From the NCBI RefSeq assembly GCF_009914755.1, contig NC_060925.1: 64,000 bases of DNA; one strand, 5' to 3'. Each line of letters starts with the position of its first letter. Position 1 is the first letter of the stretch. This document shows positions 1-15,460 of this stretch, one piece after another. The stretch is from the human T2T-CHM13v2.0 reference genome, Homo sapiens. Position numbers and translations under genes: made by a program. Under the pieces are notes generated by a model that was given only the letters and a program-made list of their open reading frames with translations, made no database searches and had not been told where the DNA came from.

Positions 1-4
1 CTCT

Positions 5-350
<346 letters not shown>

Positions 351-1419
351 CTATTTGTCTTTTTTAATTTCAGTGAGGAAAAAAGGACCCCTCTTATAGC
401 AAGAGGCATAGGCCCCTCAAAGAATTTAATTACCCTTTACTTCCTATCAAATACAATGACAAAAACTATTTAGATATCATCAGCACTATGTTCAGTCCTC
501 ATCTGGAGACTTGAGACTGTGGTGGTAACACCTCTATAGTAGACATCCAGAGGGAGCCCATGCCTAGAGTTAGGTATCTGTTGGGAATTCCCAGGCTGTC
601 ATTCAGGTTAACAGAGGGAACTCTTTTCATTATATTTCTTAAGGTAGGGTTTTGGGGAAGGGATGGAATCCACGAAATTTGTCCATTAAAGAGGTCTATA
701 AAATATTTTGCATTTTGTTCCTCGTGCAAAGTACCTGCACTTGTTTTATTCCTCTTATTGAACATGCAAATAACTAACAAGAAGGACTAAGAGAAGTCTA
801 TTACTCTCCATTGTTCTGTAGTAAACAGGAAAATTAGTCACATAGTGTTGCCAGGTTATCGTCAGCACCTATTTGGGAAGTTTCTTGGGGATTCCCACAC
901 AACAATTATAAACACATTTTTGACTTTGCATTTAAATGTTTTATTGGCAAACAGATAAATTAGAGGGTGAAATTATTCATACTACAGAAAGATGCTTCAC
1001 AACAGCAAAAGATCACAAGGCATTTACTATGGCATTTATTCAAGTTTTGTTTCCACATCACTAAATAATTCAGAGGAGAAAAAACTAAAATGGGGAGTGT
1101 TCTAGGCCACTGTTGATAACATATCCATCCATCAAAAATGAAATTGTAATGACAAAGGACATTAGTATGTCAATGGTTAATTTATGTTTTACAATTTTTA
1201 TTTCTTTAGACAGAAAGCTAAGCACTTGATAACCCTATTAAATCTTTTTCATGCTCTTTCTTGCCTACCTGATATATAAGATGTTTCATCCTGCACGTTC
1301 CTTCAACTTTATTTCTCTTTGCTCTCCGACTCACTCAAACTCTATTTTACCTTCAAACTCATTTCTGAACTATTTCCTGTGCTTGTCTTGCTCTACACTC
1401 CATTCCTACCTATCCCCAG

Positions 1420-1660
1420 TCCATCACCTGACAAACTCATACTCCTGTAAGACTCAGATTGGGCCTCACTGCTTCATAGGTACTCTTCTGACTTCCCTTG
1501 AGTTTACTGAAGTCCCCTTCTTGCACACTTCCTTTATGCCTTCCATATACCTCTATTAGAGCACAGATAACATGGAACTCTTGGTAACCTCCCCCACTAG
1601 ATTACAAGTTTTTTGAGGACCAGAGTTGCCTTCCTCTTTTCATAACCAGGGTGCTGGTGT
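1420..1660 (+). mobile_element. L2 3' fragment (ancient LINE)
   Basis: CCCCACTAGATTACAAGTTTTTTGAGGACCAGAG resembles the L2 3' consensus; heavily diverged. Confidence 0.5.
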
Positions 1661-2099
1661 TCAACACCTCCTCATGAATCACTCCAGTTCAAATCCTGCC
1701 TCTTCCATGATACGTTATCCAACCTCAGCAGCCTAGAATACTCCCTTACATTCCTACTCTCCAAAACAAATGAAACTTCCAAAGCACTTGTTTATATTTT
1801 GCTTTGTGAACAGCTCTTTTCAAGGAAATGTGCAAAACACAGTCCTTATCTTTTAACCACAATATTAGATATATCAAAATAGTTAGAATACTATGGACAC
1901 TCCTAGGATTGGGCCACACTAAATAGTGGCTATTTCATAAGTGCTTGCTCAGCTTAATGGAATTAGTGTGAAAGACGAAATAGTGGGGTCTGGCATTGTG
2001 GATATATACTGTTTGCAGAGCATCCTTGCTGTTGGGAAAGCATATATATTATAACTTATGGCCTTCTGGCTTTTATGGAATCATCAAATATTTTTTATG

Positions 2100-2243
2100 A
2101 TTATATAACAAAATTAAGTTTGAAAAAAGCAATCCCTAAAGGACAAAAGCAAACTAAAACAAGTAAACCCAACTAGACATTGCTTTATGGCATAATCACA
2201 CACAGAGAAACTATTTTAATTGTCTTAAGAAGACAAAACTGAC

Positions 2244-2275
<32 letters not shown>

Positions 2276-2294
2276 CACATATATATATATATAT

Positions 2295-2325
<31 letters not shown>

Positions 2326-3845
2326 CACTCAGTGGGATTTTCTCTAATGATACTAAGAAATTCAAACACACACACACACACTCTCACTCTCTTTTCAGTA
2401 ATCATATTATTGATAGTGCTATTGGAATTGTTATTTTAAGATTATTCCATTGGGAGTTCCTTATTTTCAGCCTACAAAAAGAAAAAAATATGTAACGTAG
2501 ATTAGATTAAGCAAAAATTCTACAGTCTTAAATTTGATTTTGAAGTATTAGTATGACCTCATGATAATTTCTTCTTTTAAAAAAACCTATTTACTACCTC
2601 TGCCCACTGAAACATGTCTAAAAACAAAGGTCAACCCAGGATCGATGTGTATTCCCTAAATGCCACTAAGAAATGACTAACATCATGTCTGGGAAGGAAA
2701 TGTACAAAATGAGCCTGGATCTTCATGTACCATAGAGAAAACATAACATCAAAGACCACTGAAAGTGTGTAGAAAGGACTCAGGAGCCATCCTGAGGAGC
2801 CTCTTACTGGCCAGAGATGGGTCAATTTAAATATCAGTAAAGATAATGGCAATAGATTGAAAGACATCAGATATATTTAAATTTCTTAGTTAATAATGGC
2901 TATAGAAATAAAAACAATTGGCCACTTTTGACCAGTGAGTTATTTAACTATGTTGAAAACTGGTAAATAAAGAAAAAAGATTAAGCATTTATTCTGACTT
3001 TTCTATATGACCAATACTTCAAGTCAACCAAGTAATGTATGAGAATTTTCTCTTTATGGAAGGATTCCAGGTAACAAATTTAAAGAGTATGATAGAATTA
3101 TAATATCACCTTTCTGCTACTCCTAATGATATAGTGTATCTAAATAGTAGTCATCAATCACTGCTGACTTCACGAAAAAGGAGACAATTAGACATTTTAT
3201 ATGCCCTAATAGAGGCTCACAGCACCATTTATGAAGTTGACTTGCCAAATGAATCCAAGGTGAATGTGATTGAGCCTCTAGATCCAACTAATAATTTGCA
3301 GAAAACACATGGGACAGAAAAGCATGATACGTGAAACCACAAGGATCCAATTAGCAAATTCTTACGGGGGAAATTCTACAGGAAAACAATGTGTTTAAAA
3401 AACAAAAGAGTAAGAGGAAAATTGAATCTATACATTAAAGGAAATTTAAATGACATATCAACCAATTTTAGTGTATGGAACTTATTTTGATGCTGATTTG
3501 AAGATATTTTATAAATGTATCAAAATTATAAGATAATCAGACATCTGTATACAGACATTTAATATTAAGGAACTATCATTAGGTAGGATAATGATATTGT
3601 GCTCATTCGTAAAACAATATTTCTATTTTAGAGATAAAGAATTAACATTTTACAGATGAAATAAGATGAGGCCCGAGATTCATTTGAAATAATCCAGGTA
3701 ATTGTGGAAATGGATAGGGGTGCAGATGAAGCAAGATTGTCCATGTGTTGATAATTGTTTAAGAAGGAAATTGGTATATGGAGGCTTATTATGCTATTCT
3801 CTATATTTTTGAATGTGCTAAATAATCTACAATGAAGTGTTTTTG
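2100..3845 (+). mobile_element. Old L1M (L1MC4-like) 3' region
   Basis: GAGCCTCTAGATCCAACTAATAATTTGCAG and GATGAAGCAAGATTGTCCATGTGTTGATAATTGTT match L1MC/ME 3'-UTR motifs; no ORF. Confidence 0.7.
2244..2381. repeat. Compound (TA)n/(CA)n microsatellite
   Basis: TA and CA runs visible at 2244-2328 and 2366-2381. Confidence 0.95.
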
Positions 3846-4299
3846 AAAAAGATATTGAATAGCTAATAGAGTATTAGAAGGGCCAGAAAACAAAAGCATA
3901 AGACCCAGCTTCTAGCAATAATGCAAAATTAAGTCTCAGAAACACTTTCGTAAGGAAAACGCTGTAGCCACCACTAACCATCATTGGAGTCATCTGCTCT
4001 TATAGCAGAGTGAGAGACAGAGAAAGAGCCACTGCCAGAGAGCACAAGCATACTCTCCACTCATTCCCTCTCAGGAACTTTTGAGGAAAAATCTGCGGCA
4101 GATGCCTGTGGTTATCAGAGCCTTTGCCATAGCTTCAAGGGAGTCTGGGAAAGAGGGGAAAGTAATCATCTAGTATTATCTGTTCCAATTACAAGGTTTC
4201 CTGTCCCATCCCCACTGCAAAGAATCAAAATGAGAGCAATTCCAAAAATACAGAAAATAATTCAGACATCAAAAAGCAAAATTGAATGAACAATATTTA

Positions 4300-4415
4300 C
4301 CTCCCTGGGCAAGTAGGAACCTCCCTGAGTTTCAGTTTCCTCATCTGGCAAATGATTAAACAATACCATTCTCCCAAGATTGCTTTGAGGACTGAAAGCA
4401 ATAATGTGTCTATTA
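4300..4415 (+). mobile_element. MIR fragment
   Basis: CTGGGCAAGT...CCTCCCTGAGTTTCAGTTTCCTCATCTG is the MIR core. Confidence 0.75.
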
Positions 4416-5823
4416 AACAGCACAATACAAAAGGTCCCTCAGCAATCTTTCCTTCCTCCCTGTTTTTCTCCCCTCTTCCCTTCCTTTCCATTTAATTTCC
4501 TATCTCACTTCAGTTTCTATGTTCTTTGTGTTTTCAGGATAATATTCTATTTACTTAAGGGACACAAAGTAAATAAATGTTTTTGAAACTGAATTGGATT
4601 GAAGTGGATCCAGATTTTCACAGGAAAAAAAAGTTTCCTTTTCCCTTAGTTCTCCTTACACACCTGGCTTTGCAGGAAAAGAAATTATCATTTGGAAACA
4701 CACATCTGCCTCAGCCACAGGTGAGATATTAATGCATTCCCACATGTCCCAAATCCTCGATCTTTGATCAGTATGATGGGAACTTTCATTGTCCAATAAA
4801 GCAAGGGACGGACTCTTTGTTTCATTCAAGTCAGTATTTCTTCTAACGGAAACTCACCCCAGGATGAAACAGCCCTGCATTTCCAGCAGCCTCTGGAGTG
4901 TCAGGTGGCCCTTCAGCCTTTGAATGCCGTGGGCTGGATTGACTCAACCATGGTTAGCTGACTTTTATTTCTTTTCTTCCTTCCTGCTCATTCAATATCA
5001 TCAACCAGAGGGAAGGAGCTCTGTGTCATAAAAGTGACCACAGCTGAGCCAATCTCGCCCTATGCCAGTCCACGTGGTAATTTTGGAAGGGCCCTGGGAT
5101 ATCTGACCTTATGATGGTAAGAAAGTTTTGTGATTAATGGTGATTTTTATCGTCCGACTTCAAAGATTGACTCATGCAGAGAATGAGCAATCTATAGGTC
5201 AGATATCTTACATCCCAGTTATTTTCTTTCTTCAGTCAAGTATTGGGAGAACTAAACACTGACCAGCTGTAAAAGACATCTATCCTGTCTGCAGAAAAGC
5301 CTATCTAATGGGCCTCTGAGGGGAATTGTTTAAAATAATGCTATGCAATTTCTCCAAGAGTTTCTGCTGGAAAAAAAAAAAAATGAACAAATGGAAAATT
5401 TAACGCCTGAATGATCGATACTTTCTTCATGAAGCAAGGTTATTCTCTTGCCTTTTTCTCTTGTGGATGAGGTATTTTGCAGGTACTTTAAGAAGTCAAC
5501 CTACCTTTTATTCAGCAATGTATCAAATATTTATTGAGGGTTTTATTACAAGATACAGTACAGGTCCATGGGGTTATAAGGGTAGAAATAAGTGGTGCCC
5601 AGCACTGAAGGATTTTAATAATAATAATGTTAGCAATGCCAATCATAACCTCTAATGCATCTACTAAGCTTTACTTTTTACAGTGCTTTAATATATCCTG
5701 TCATTTTAATAATTCTTATAATTTGTTATAATGTGATAACTTTTTAACATCATTTTAGCATTATATTTTATTTCATCTCATTTGATAATATAAGATGCTT
5801 AGCCCATTGTGTGCCCAGAAGTA

Positions 5824-6428
5824 CAGTAAGTCCTTACTTATCTTGGACAATAGGTTCTTGGAAACTGGAACTTCAAGTGAAAGAACACATAACGAAAATA
5901 GCTTTGCTATAAGCTAACCGATCTAAACAAGAGTTAAGTTGCTACAGCATATTTTGGTCACAAAAAAAAAAAATCACCAAGCTTCTAAAGAAAGACCCAA
6001 ACACTTCTAATATTGAAATAAACATCAAAATAACTTTGAAAGGAAGGTGAGCTACACATACACTTAAGAAAGGTTAACAAAAACAAGTAAGATAATAATT
6101 TACCCACTTATTCAAGTTCAGAAGCTCAAGGGGCCAGAGCCAATTCTGGTAGCTCAGGGTACCAGGCTGGAACCAGCCCCAGACAGGTCACCATTCCCAT
6201 TGCAGGGCCCACTCATACATAGCAACACTCACTCACGCTGGGACCAGTGAGACACACTGATTCATCTAACGGACACAGCTTTGGGTTTTGGGAGGAAACC
6301 AGACATGGGGAGGACATGCAAAGTCCACACACACAATGACTTCAGCTAGGAATCCATTTTTTTTTTCTCATCAACATTATAAGGAAATTACATTGAACTT
6401 AAATGACATTATTCAAGGACCTGCTTTG
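5824..6428 (-). mobile_element. MER6A-like non-autonomous TcMar-Tigger DNA transposon
   Basis: Termini TA|CAGTAAGTCCT...GGACCTGCT; about 605 bp; internal TTTGGG...GGGAGGAAACC...ACATGGGGAGGACATGCAAAGTCCACAC segment typical of MER6. Confidence 0.85.
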
Positions 6429-7823
6429 TAAGCTTAAGAAACAGTAGAACCCCCCTTACCCAGACACCTTGTTCCCTTAGGTATAATGAATTTAAAACTG
6501 CATTTGCATATTTACATCAAACACTTGTCACATAGCTGGGCTTTCTGTTTTGTGTAGCCAGGAGGATTTCATAACTTTTCCAAACAACAACTGCCTATTT
6601 TACATTGACTTAGTTTCCTCTTTCCTTTGTGTACACAGGTAGAAAAGGCTTGGACTACATGTTTGGTTTGAAGTTTGAAAATCTCAGTCCTTCCCCAACC
6701 ATCAAAAATATTTACCTCCCTCCCTTGTCTCACAATCATCTAAGCTGCCTTCTTGAATTGACTCCCACACCTGTTCATCATAGAAGGAAAAAAATAAAAG
6801 CAAATGCCATATAAAATCTCTCTTCTTCAACAAGGTCTTCTGTTTTGAAATACTGAAACAGTTCCTGTTCTATTACCTCACCAGCTGTGGCCTTTTATCT
6901 CCTAAAGGGAATAGCTGACGTCTTACCAGTCAAAGTCATTGTGCTTACGGACGCCATAAATATCTCCTTTAAATCCTACATGATAAATTTCCCTCTGATT
7001 GGTAAAGCAGATACTGTAACATGCAAAGGGGGAGCAGGAGAGTCTTTGATGATGTTAAACTAAGCCCCTGGAGATATCCCAGCTCTTCCTCCAGAATTTT
7101 ACTTTCCAACAACTGGAGTCAACAAATACGGTAGAAAATGTTGTCTGGATTATCTACTCCCATTATTTTTTTTTAAACTGGTTTTCAATGATGGGCAACC
7201 TAAAATTTACTCACACAGAACACAAAACAGTTGAATTTGTTAAAAGTCCAAAATGTGCTTTTGTACTTTTGTAAAATGGGAATGTGCTTCTTGTACAAAT
7301 CACAATATGCTTTCTAGACCACAACCTAAAAAGGAAAGAAAAAAATCCTGTGAATAAAAAAAAAAAACAAGGACTTTCAGTTTTCTACATGCATTTGAAA
7401 TGACTTTATCTCTGACTCATGTTCTACTTTATTTTTGATTGGGAAGACCTGTTCCTATACTGTAATTTTTTTTTAATAATAAGTTTCCATTTGTAACTAT
7501 TAGTTGGTCTTTCCACAAAATTGGTTTGCTGGAAAGGACTGAGAAGAGAAAGAGCATTCCTGGATCAATGGAACTGATGAGTGTGGAAGTCCTTGAACTT
7601 GACCAAGCATTGTCAATTCTCATAGTCTGACCAAAAAAAAACTAGATTATTTTGTGTGTTTTTCTTGGTGCTCCTAATGTAAGTTTATTCAAATTGGGGG
7701 GGGGGCGGTGGGGGGAACAAACAAGTAGACTGCAGTTGTAAGAGAAAAAAGGTGAAAATAAATTATTTTGGTGTTTTTTATTACTTGGAACTTTATTTAT
7801 TGTAGGATATAGATTTAAGATAA

Positions 7824-8129
<306 letters not shown>

Positions 8130-9384
8130 TTGTTTTATTTTTATAAGCAACAGACAGTCTCTATAATCTGTGGAATCAGGGTATAATATAAATAATAACA
8201 CACCCAAAAGGTGGGCAAAGAGACATCCACCCTGACACTCAATCCTTTTGGTGCCAACCCCATAGGCAGCCAAGAAGCCCTTTGACAATGAAGAGAAAGG
8301 AACTGAAGCTGGAAGATACATGAAAGATAATTGGTAGCTTTGGGGCCGATACAGCAAAGAAGTTGAAAGTGGTGTCTGCCATTTATAGAAATGACTCATT
8401 TCTTTAAGTGGCCTAAACCCTATTACCAATTTAACTCATGCCCCCAACTCACATATTTCCCTGGCCATCCCACCTTAAACAGAATAAGACAGACAAGTTA
8501 CTATATATTTCACTAAGCATTCGAATTTATTAGAGTCTGCACTTTGCTCAGATGAAGGGTTTGTGGTCTTATCCGCTGCTCCTAGCTGGGAGTTGGAGTG
8601 TGTTGCTCAGTTAATATAGTATGTCCTCTGTATGTTCTCCTGTAACAACTGGACAGTGTTTTCCTTGGCCAGAGGGGCTGAGCTGTATTCACTTGCTCAA
8701 GGACTACAAGGTACCCAGTGGAATGTTTCATGTTTATTGGCTCTTAATGGACTACTACTGAGGACTTGAGGGAAACAAACTATAAGCCATTCATGCTCAG
8801 TCAAGCTTCCTTGGAGGAGACTGAATTCCCCCTGTGATCGCTGCCACCCTGCTGATTCAACCGCCACTCAGACTGCCATCAGAGGTTACTGGCTCTAGAC
8901 TGTAAGTTACAGGAAACCTTTCGGCCTCTACTTGGTTATTTATAGAAGAGTTTATAGGATTCTTCCACAACTCAAGGGAGGAAAATCAAACAAATGTCAC
9001 CTCCTATTATCATGGCAACTAAGTTCCACTCTGAAAATAGAAGCTGGAACTTTAACCTGTTAACTAGTAAACCAATCTACTGATGTGTTTATGTTTTAGC
9101 AATACTTTTTACATTAAAAAAATTATTTCAAATCTGTACCACTCTCGGGAATTTTCCCTGATGAAGCCCACTCTTACTTGCATTCTTTGACACCTCTTTG
9201 CATTGGGCTAATGCTTTAATAATGGACTTCAAGTGCACGGAATTTGATTATTCATAATGATTTCTTTCTTTCCTTCTTTTATTTCTTCCTTCTTTTACTT
9301 CTTCCCCCCACCGTGCCCCCCACCCGCCCCTGTCTCTCTCTGTCTCTCGGTCTCTCTCTCTCTCTTTCATCTTTCACAAATACT

Positions 9385-9490
9385 AATATAAAACTTACTA
9401 TGTACCAGGCATTATTCTAAGATTTTCAACCTTCATAACAACCCTAGGAGGCTAAGTACTGTTATTAATTCCATTTTAAAGATGAGAAGA
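9385..9490 (-). mobile_element. MIR fragment
   Basis: CTTACTATGTACCAGGCATTATTCTAAG...CCATTTTAAAGATGAG. Confidence 0.7.
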
Positions 9491-9599
9491 GTTGATTTAT
9501 ATTGATTTATGATATACTATCATCACTGGTCTCATCATGACTCTATTTTATTTTTTCATTTACCCGTTGTATTCCCTGGCTTATTACTTTGTTAGTGAT

Positions 9600-10875
9600 A
9601 AAAGTCAACTACCCAACCCAAGAATTTAAACATGAGCAATGTTTGCGCCTATCTATAGAATCCTCCCCATCCCGTTACCCTGCTGCATAACTCTGACATG
9701 CTGAATTTTGTGTTTATATTATTTTCTTGCATTTTTTAAAAGATAATTTTAGCAAATATATGTTTGCTCAAAAACGTTATTGCTTATAAAGACTATCATG
9801 CTGTGATCATCTGAGAACCTGCTATCACTAAGCATCATATTATCACATATACCTGTAGTTCATTTATTTTCATTGCAATAAGTTATTCTGGATATACTAC
9901 AATTCGTTTCCCTCTGGATAGGCATTTGCTATCTGCTCTTGTTATTATAAACACTACTTTTTTGAACACTTTTATGTGTTTATCTGGGTGCACAAATGTG
10001 ATAATTTCCTTTAATATGTACACCTAGAAAATTGTGGGGTCATAAGGTGTGTGAATATTAAACTTTAAAAGATAATGTCAAGTGGTTAACCAATTTATAC
10101 CAGCACTATATAAGAAATCTGGTTGATCCATATACTTTTCAATTTTGCTGTAGTTTAAATTCTTAATTATTGCCAATAAATTGAGCATAAAGAGATATCC
10201 ATTATCTCTTTGATAATGATATTGATTTGCTATTCTATATATTGATTTGCTCATCAATATTGCTATAAGACTCAAGATCCTTCCATATGTTCTTAGCTGT
10301 ATGTTTCTCCTTCTGTTTCTCCTCTGTAAAATGTTGATTTTTTTTTTTTTTGGTCTATCAAGTGGTTTGGCCTTTCCTTATTATTTTATGAGTCTTTACA
10401 TATGCTTGATACTAAACCTTTCTCAATTATATGTTCCAAATGAATTTTTCTCAGGTTGTAGCTTGCTTTTTCATCTTAAGAATTCTTCTGATGAACAGAA
10501 TTTCTTAATTTTAATACTCAAAAATCATAAATCTTTTCTTTTATGGTTTGTACTTTTTGCTCCTGTTTAAGAAATCCTTCCCTACCCCAAGATTGGAAAG
10601 ATATCCACCTATATTTTTCTACTAAGTATTTAAAATTTGCTTTTGACATTTAAGTCCCTAATCCATCTGGAGTTGATTTATGGGTATGGTGTAAGGGTGG
10701 GATCCAAATTCACTTTTTTTCCAAATGGACAACCAATTTTTCCAGCTCCTTTTATTGAATAATCCCTCTTTTCTCCACTGAAATGCCAGGCCACCTCTGC
10801 CCTCATTAAAGTTCCACATATGCATGGATTTATTTCTGGGCTCTCTATTCTATCCCATTGTCCATCTGTCTACAC
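9600..10875 (-). mobile_element. Old L1ME fragment (ORF2 3' end/3' UTR)
   Basis: TTTAAGAAATCCTTCCCTACCCCAAG...ATCCATCTGGAGTTGATTT...TTTATTGAATAATCC are antisense L1M motifs. Confidence 0.75.
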
Positions 10876-10879
10876 CTGC

Positions 10880-11070
10880 AGTGTGGTCTTCTGGTAAGAG
10901 CATGGTACTTAGTCAAAAGTACTGGTCATTTATAACCAAAGGGACTTTAGTAGGTCACCTGACCATTCTGTTCAGTTTTCTCTTTCATAACACTTGGATA
11001 ACAATTTCCTTCCTCATGAGAATGCTGTGAAGACAAAGGGAAATCTGTGATACAGTTTTCTAACCTATAA
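10880..11070 (+). mobile_element. MIR fragment
   Basis: Degenerate MIR core GTTCAGTTTTCTCTTTCATAA...CATGAGAATGCTGTGAAG. Confidence 0.5.
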
Positions 11071-11149
11071 AATTCTTTGAAATATTTTAGGTTGTTTGTT
11101 TCATAAACATTTTCTAAGTGTTTCTTTCTTCTTTTTTTTTTTTTTTTTG

Positions 11150-11520
11150 TCTTTCAGAAATCTTTTGGTTATTAGTAACAAAAAACCTGACTTGCACTGG
11201 CTTTAAAAATACAATTTAATGGCCCAAGTAACTTAAATATTCAGGTGGTAGGGCCCGCCTTGGGTGAGGCTTTAAATAATTTTTCCCTCCCTCTTCCCTG
11301 ATTCCTGCAATGTCACCTTCATTTTGAGAACTTATGATTCCAACGCGGCTGTCAGAGGCTTCTGGGGCTACACGAGTCGCTGTTCACATCCAGCGTTAAA
11401 ACAACCCTCTCCAGATAGTTCCCAGAGAAGAAAGAGGAAACTTTTTCCCCAGACATCCTGGCCAAAGTTCTCTGACTCATGTCGTGTAGGCTTCATCTGG
11501 GGCATTTGCTCCATCCTTCT
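11150..11520 (-). mobile_element. MLT1 (J/K/L-type) MaLR LTR remnant
   Basis: TCTTTTGGTTATTAGTAACAAAAAACCTGACTTGCACTGGCTTTAAA resembles the old MLT1 terminus. Confidence 0.55.
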
Positions 11521-12977
11521 CTGAAAAGAAGCAGAGAATGGATGCTGGGGGATAGGGGGCAGCACCCATAGCAAATGGACGTTACATTTTAATTTTAATT
11601 TTGAACAAAAGAACACACGTATATGGTGACAAATCAAGTAGTGCTGAAGAGTTTACAGGGAGAAAAGCAACAGCCACTCTCACCAACGCTGGTCTTACTC
11701 CAGGGGGAAAATATTTTTAACCCAGTCTGCACTGGACTCTCCCACTGGACTGCTGTCCTAACTCTTTAACAATTTAGACCTGATTTCTTTTTGAATTCAG
11801 CTTTATACATGCCAATGCACTTCTACTTCTCCATCCTTACAACTCACTCATTCCAAAGTTTGATAGTAATGCTGTTATTTTAAAATATTTTATTGTTTAC
11901 CTTTGTGACTTTAAATAATATACTTGTATTTCTTTTCCCATCTATTTTAATTAGTATCTCAAGTTTCTTCTCTGAAGAATTTTAGCTAGCTTTTCCATCT
12001 CCTCTACCCAGTCTTCACTCACTCCCTCTTTCTGTCATGTGCATTTTGTCTTTTGCATTATCACGATTGTGAACATTCATAGTGTGTCCCTCAACCGTAA
12101 ATAATACTTTCCTGCTCTGTACATATTACAAGTTGAAGTTTGCAAAAATTGTTCACCATGGGCTCAAGTTTTGTGCTAACATAATATTTCCTTTCCTGTG
12201 GGTCCAGCATTACTCAAAGCAGGCCCCTACACTACTCCAAGTAAAATGTCCTTTTGCAGCAAGGTTAAATAGAACCTGTTCTATTGTATTTTTCCAATTA
12301 TGCTTTTAATTTGTGTGTTATTTGCATAATAACTTTCTCCAACACATTTCATTTTTTGGACACCTACTTCATGTTGTTTTGTTTTTTCTTTTGTCCTCCT
12401 ACGTGAAACTGGAATGTTTTCTCTTTAAGTCTGTTTTGTAGCAGTCATTTTGCAACTCCTCTTTTCTGCTGTCCTGTGTTGGAACCATGATCCTCGGAAC
12501 CTCATGTCTCCCATTTGTTGTTTCTTTCCTCCTGTTGCTTGACTGTATTGTATCTTCAATTAACTCCCTTAAAAGGCACGATTAAAAGGTAAACGTTACC
12601 CTCCTTTGCCTGTCAGAAAAAAATTATTTTGTTCTCACACCTGATTGATATGTTGGCTCAGAAATTTGAGAGAACATTGCTTCATTTTCCTGTAATATCC
12701 AATTGTTCATGAGAAGTCTGACATTAATCTGATCCTTATTCCTTTACATATGGCTTGTTTTTCCTGTCCAGAAGACTTTATCAACATGCCTTGATCCTAG
12801 CTGCATTATAATTTAATGAGAATATTTTATATTTCTGATTTAAAATTCATCTTGCTTAACAGTGAACCCCTTCAATCTGAATATTCTAGGAAGTTTCTTG
12901 TGACATTAAAAACCAATCCCCTTCCCCTATTTTCACCATTCCTGTTTTAGGTGTCATAAATAGGTGAGTTTGGAACC

Positions 12978-13356
12978 TGCTTTCATTTAAAATGTCCCCT
13001 CCAAAATTTATATTGAAATTTGATTGCTAGTGTGGCAGCATTAATAGGTGGGACCTTTAAGAGGTGATTAGGTCATAGGGTAAGAGTGGATTAAAGGATT
13101 AAAGCTGTTATTGCTGTAGTAGATCAGTTATCTCAGGAGTTCACCCCTTTTTTCTGTCTCCCATGCTCCCTTGTCTTTCCACTTTCCTTCATGAGATGAC
13201 ACAACAATAAGGCCCCCACCAGATGGCTGAGCAGATGCCAGTGCCATGCCCTTGGACATCCCAGTCTCCAGAACCATAAGCAAAATAAATTTCTTTTCTT
13301 TATAAATTACCCAGTCTGTAGTATTCTTTTACAGCAGGAGAAAGCAGACTAAGACA
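12978..13356 (+). mobile_element. MST (MSTC/MSTD-like) MaLR solo LTR
   Basis: TG...CA ends; 3' end ATAAATTACCCAGTCTG...GACTAAGACA; flanked by 5-bp TSD GAACC/GGACC (4/5). Confidence 0.85.
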
Positions 13357-13389
13357 GGACCACCTGAATTGGTCTCTTGCTTTGTCTAA

Positions 13390-15460
<2,071 letters not shown>

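Noticed and set aside
499-780. 93-aa minus-strand ORF with protein-like composition
   Set aside because: Non-ATG start, no convincing polypyrimidine acceptor, no recognisable domain; length is within chance expectation
6883-6902. 20-nt minus-strand microexon (TTTAG|GAGATAAAAGGCCACAGCTG|GTGAGG)
   Set aside because: Only about 24 nt from the neighbouring donor, too short for an intron; no independent support
8838-8858. CTCF-like motif CAGCAGGGTGGCAG on the minus strand
   Set aside because: An extra base in the core breaks the consensus spacing
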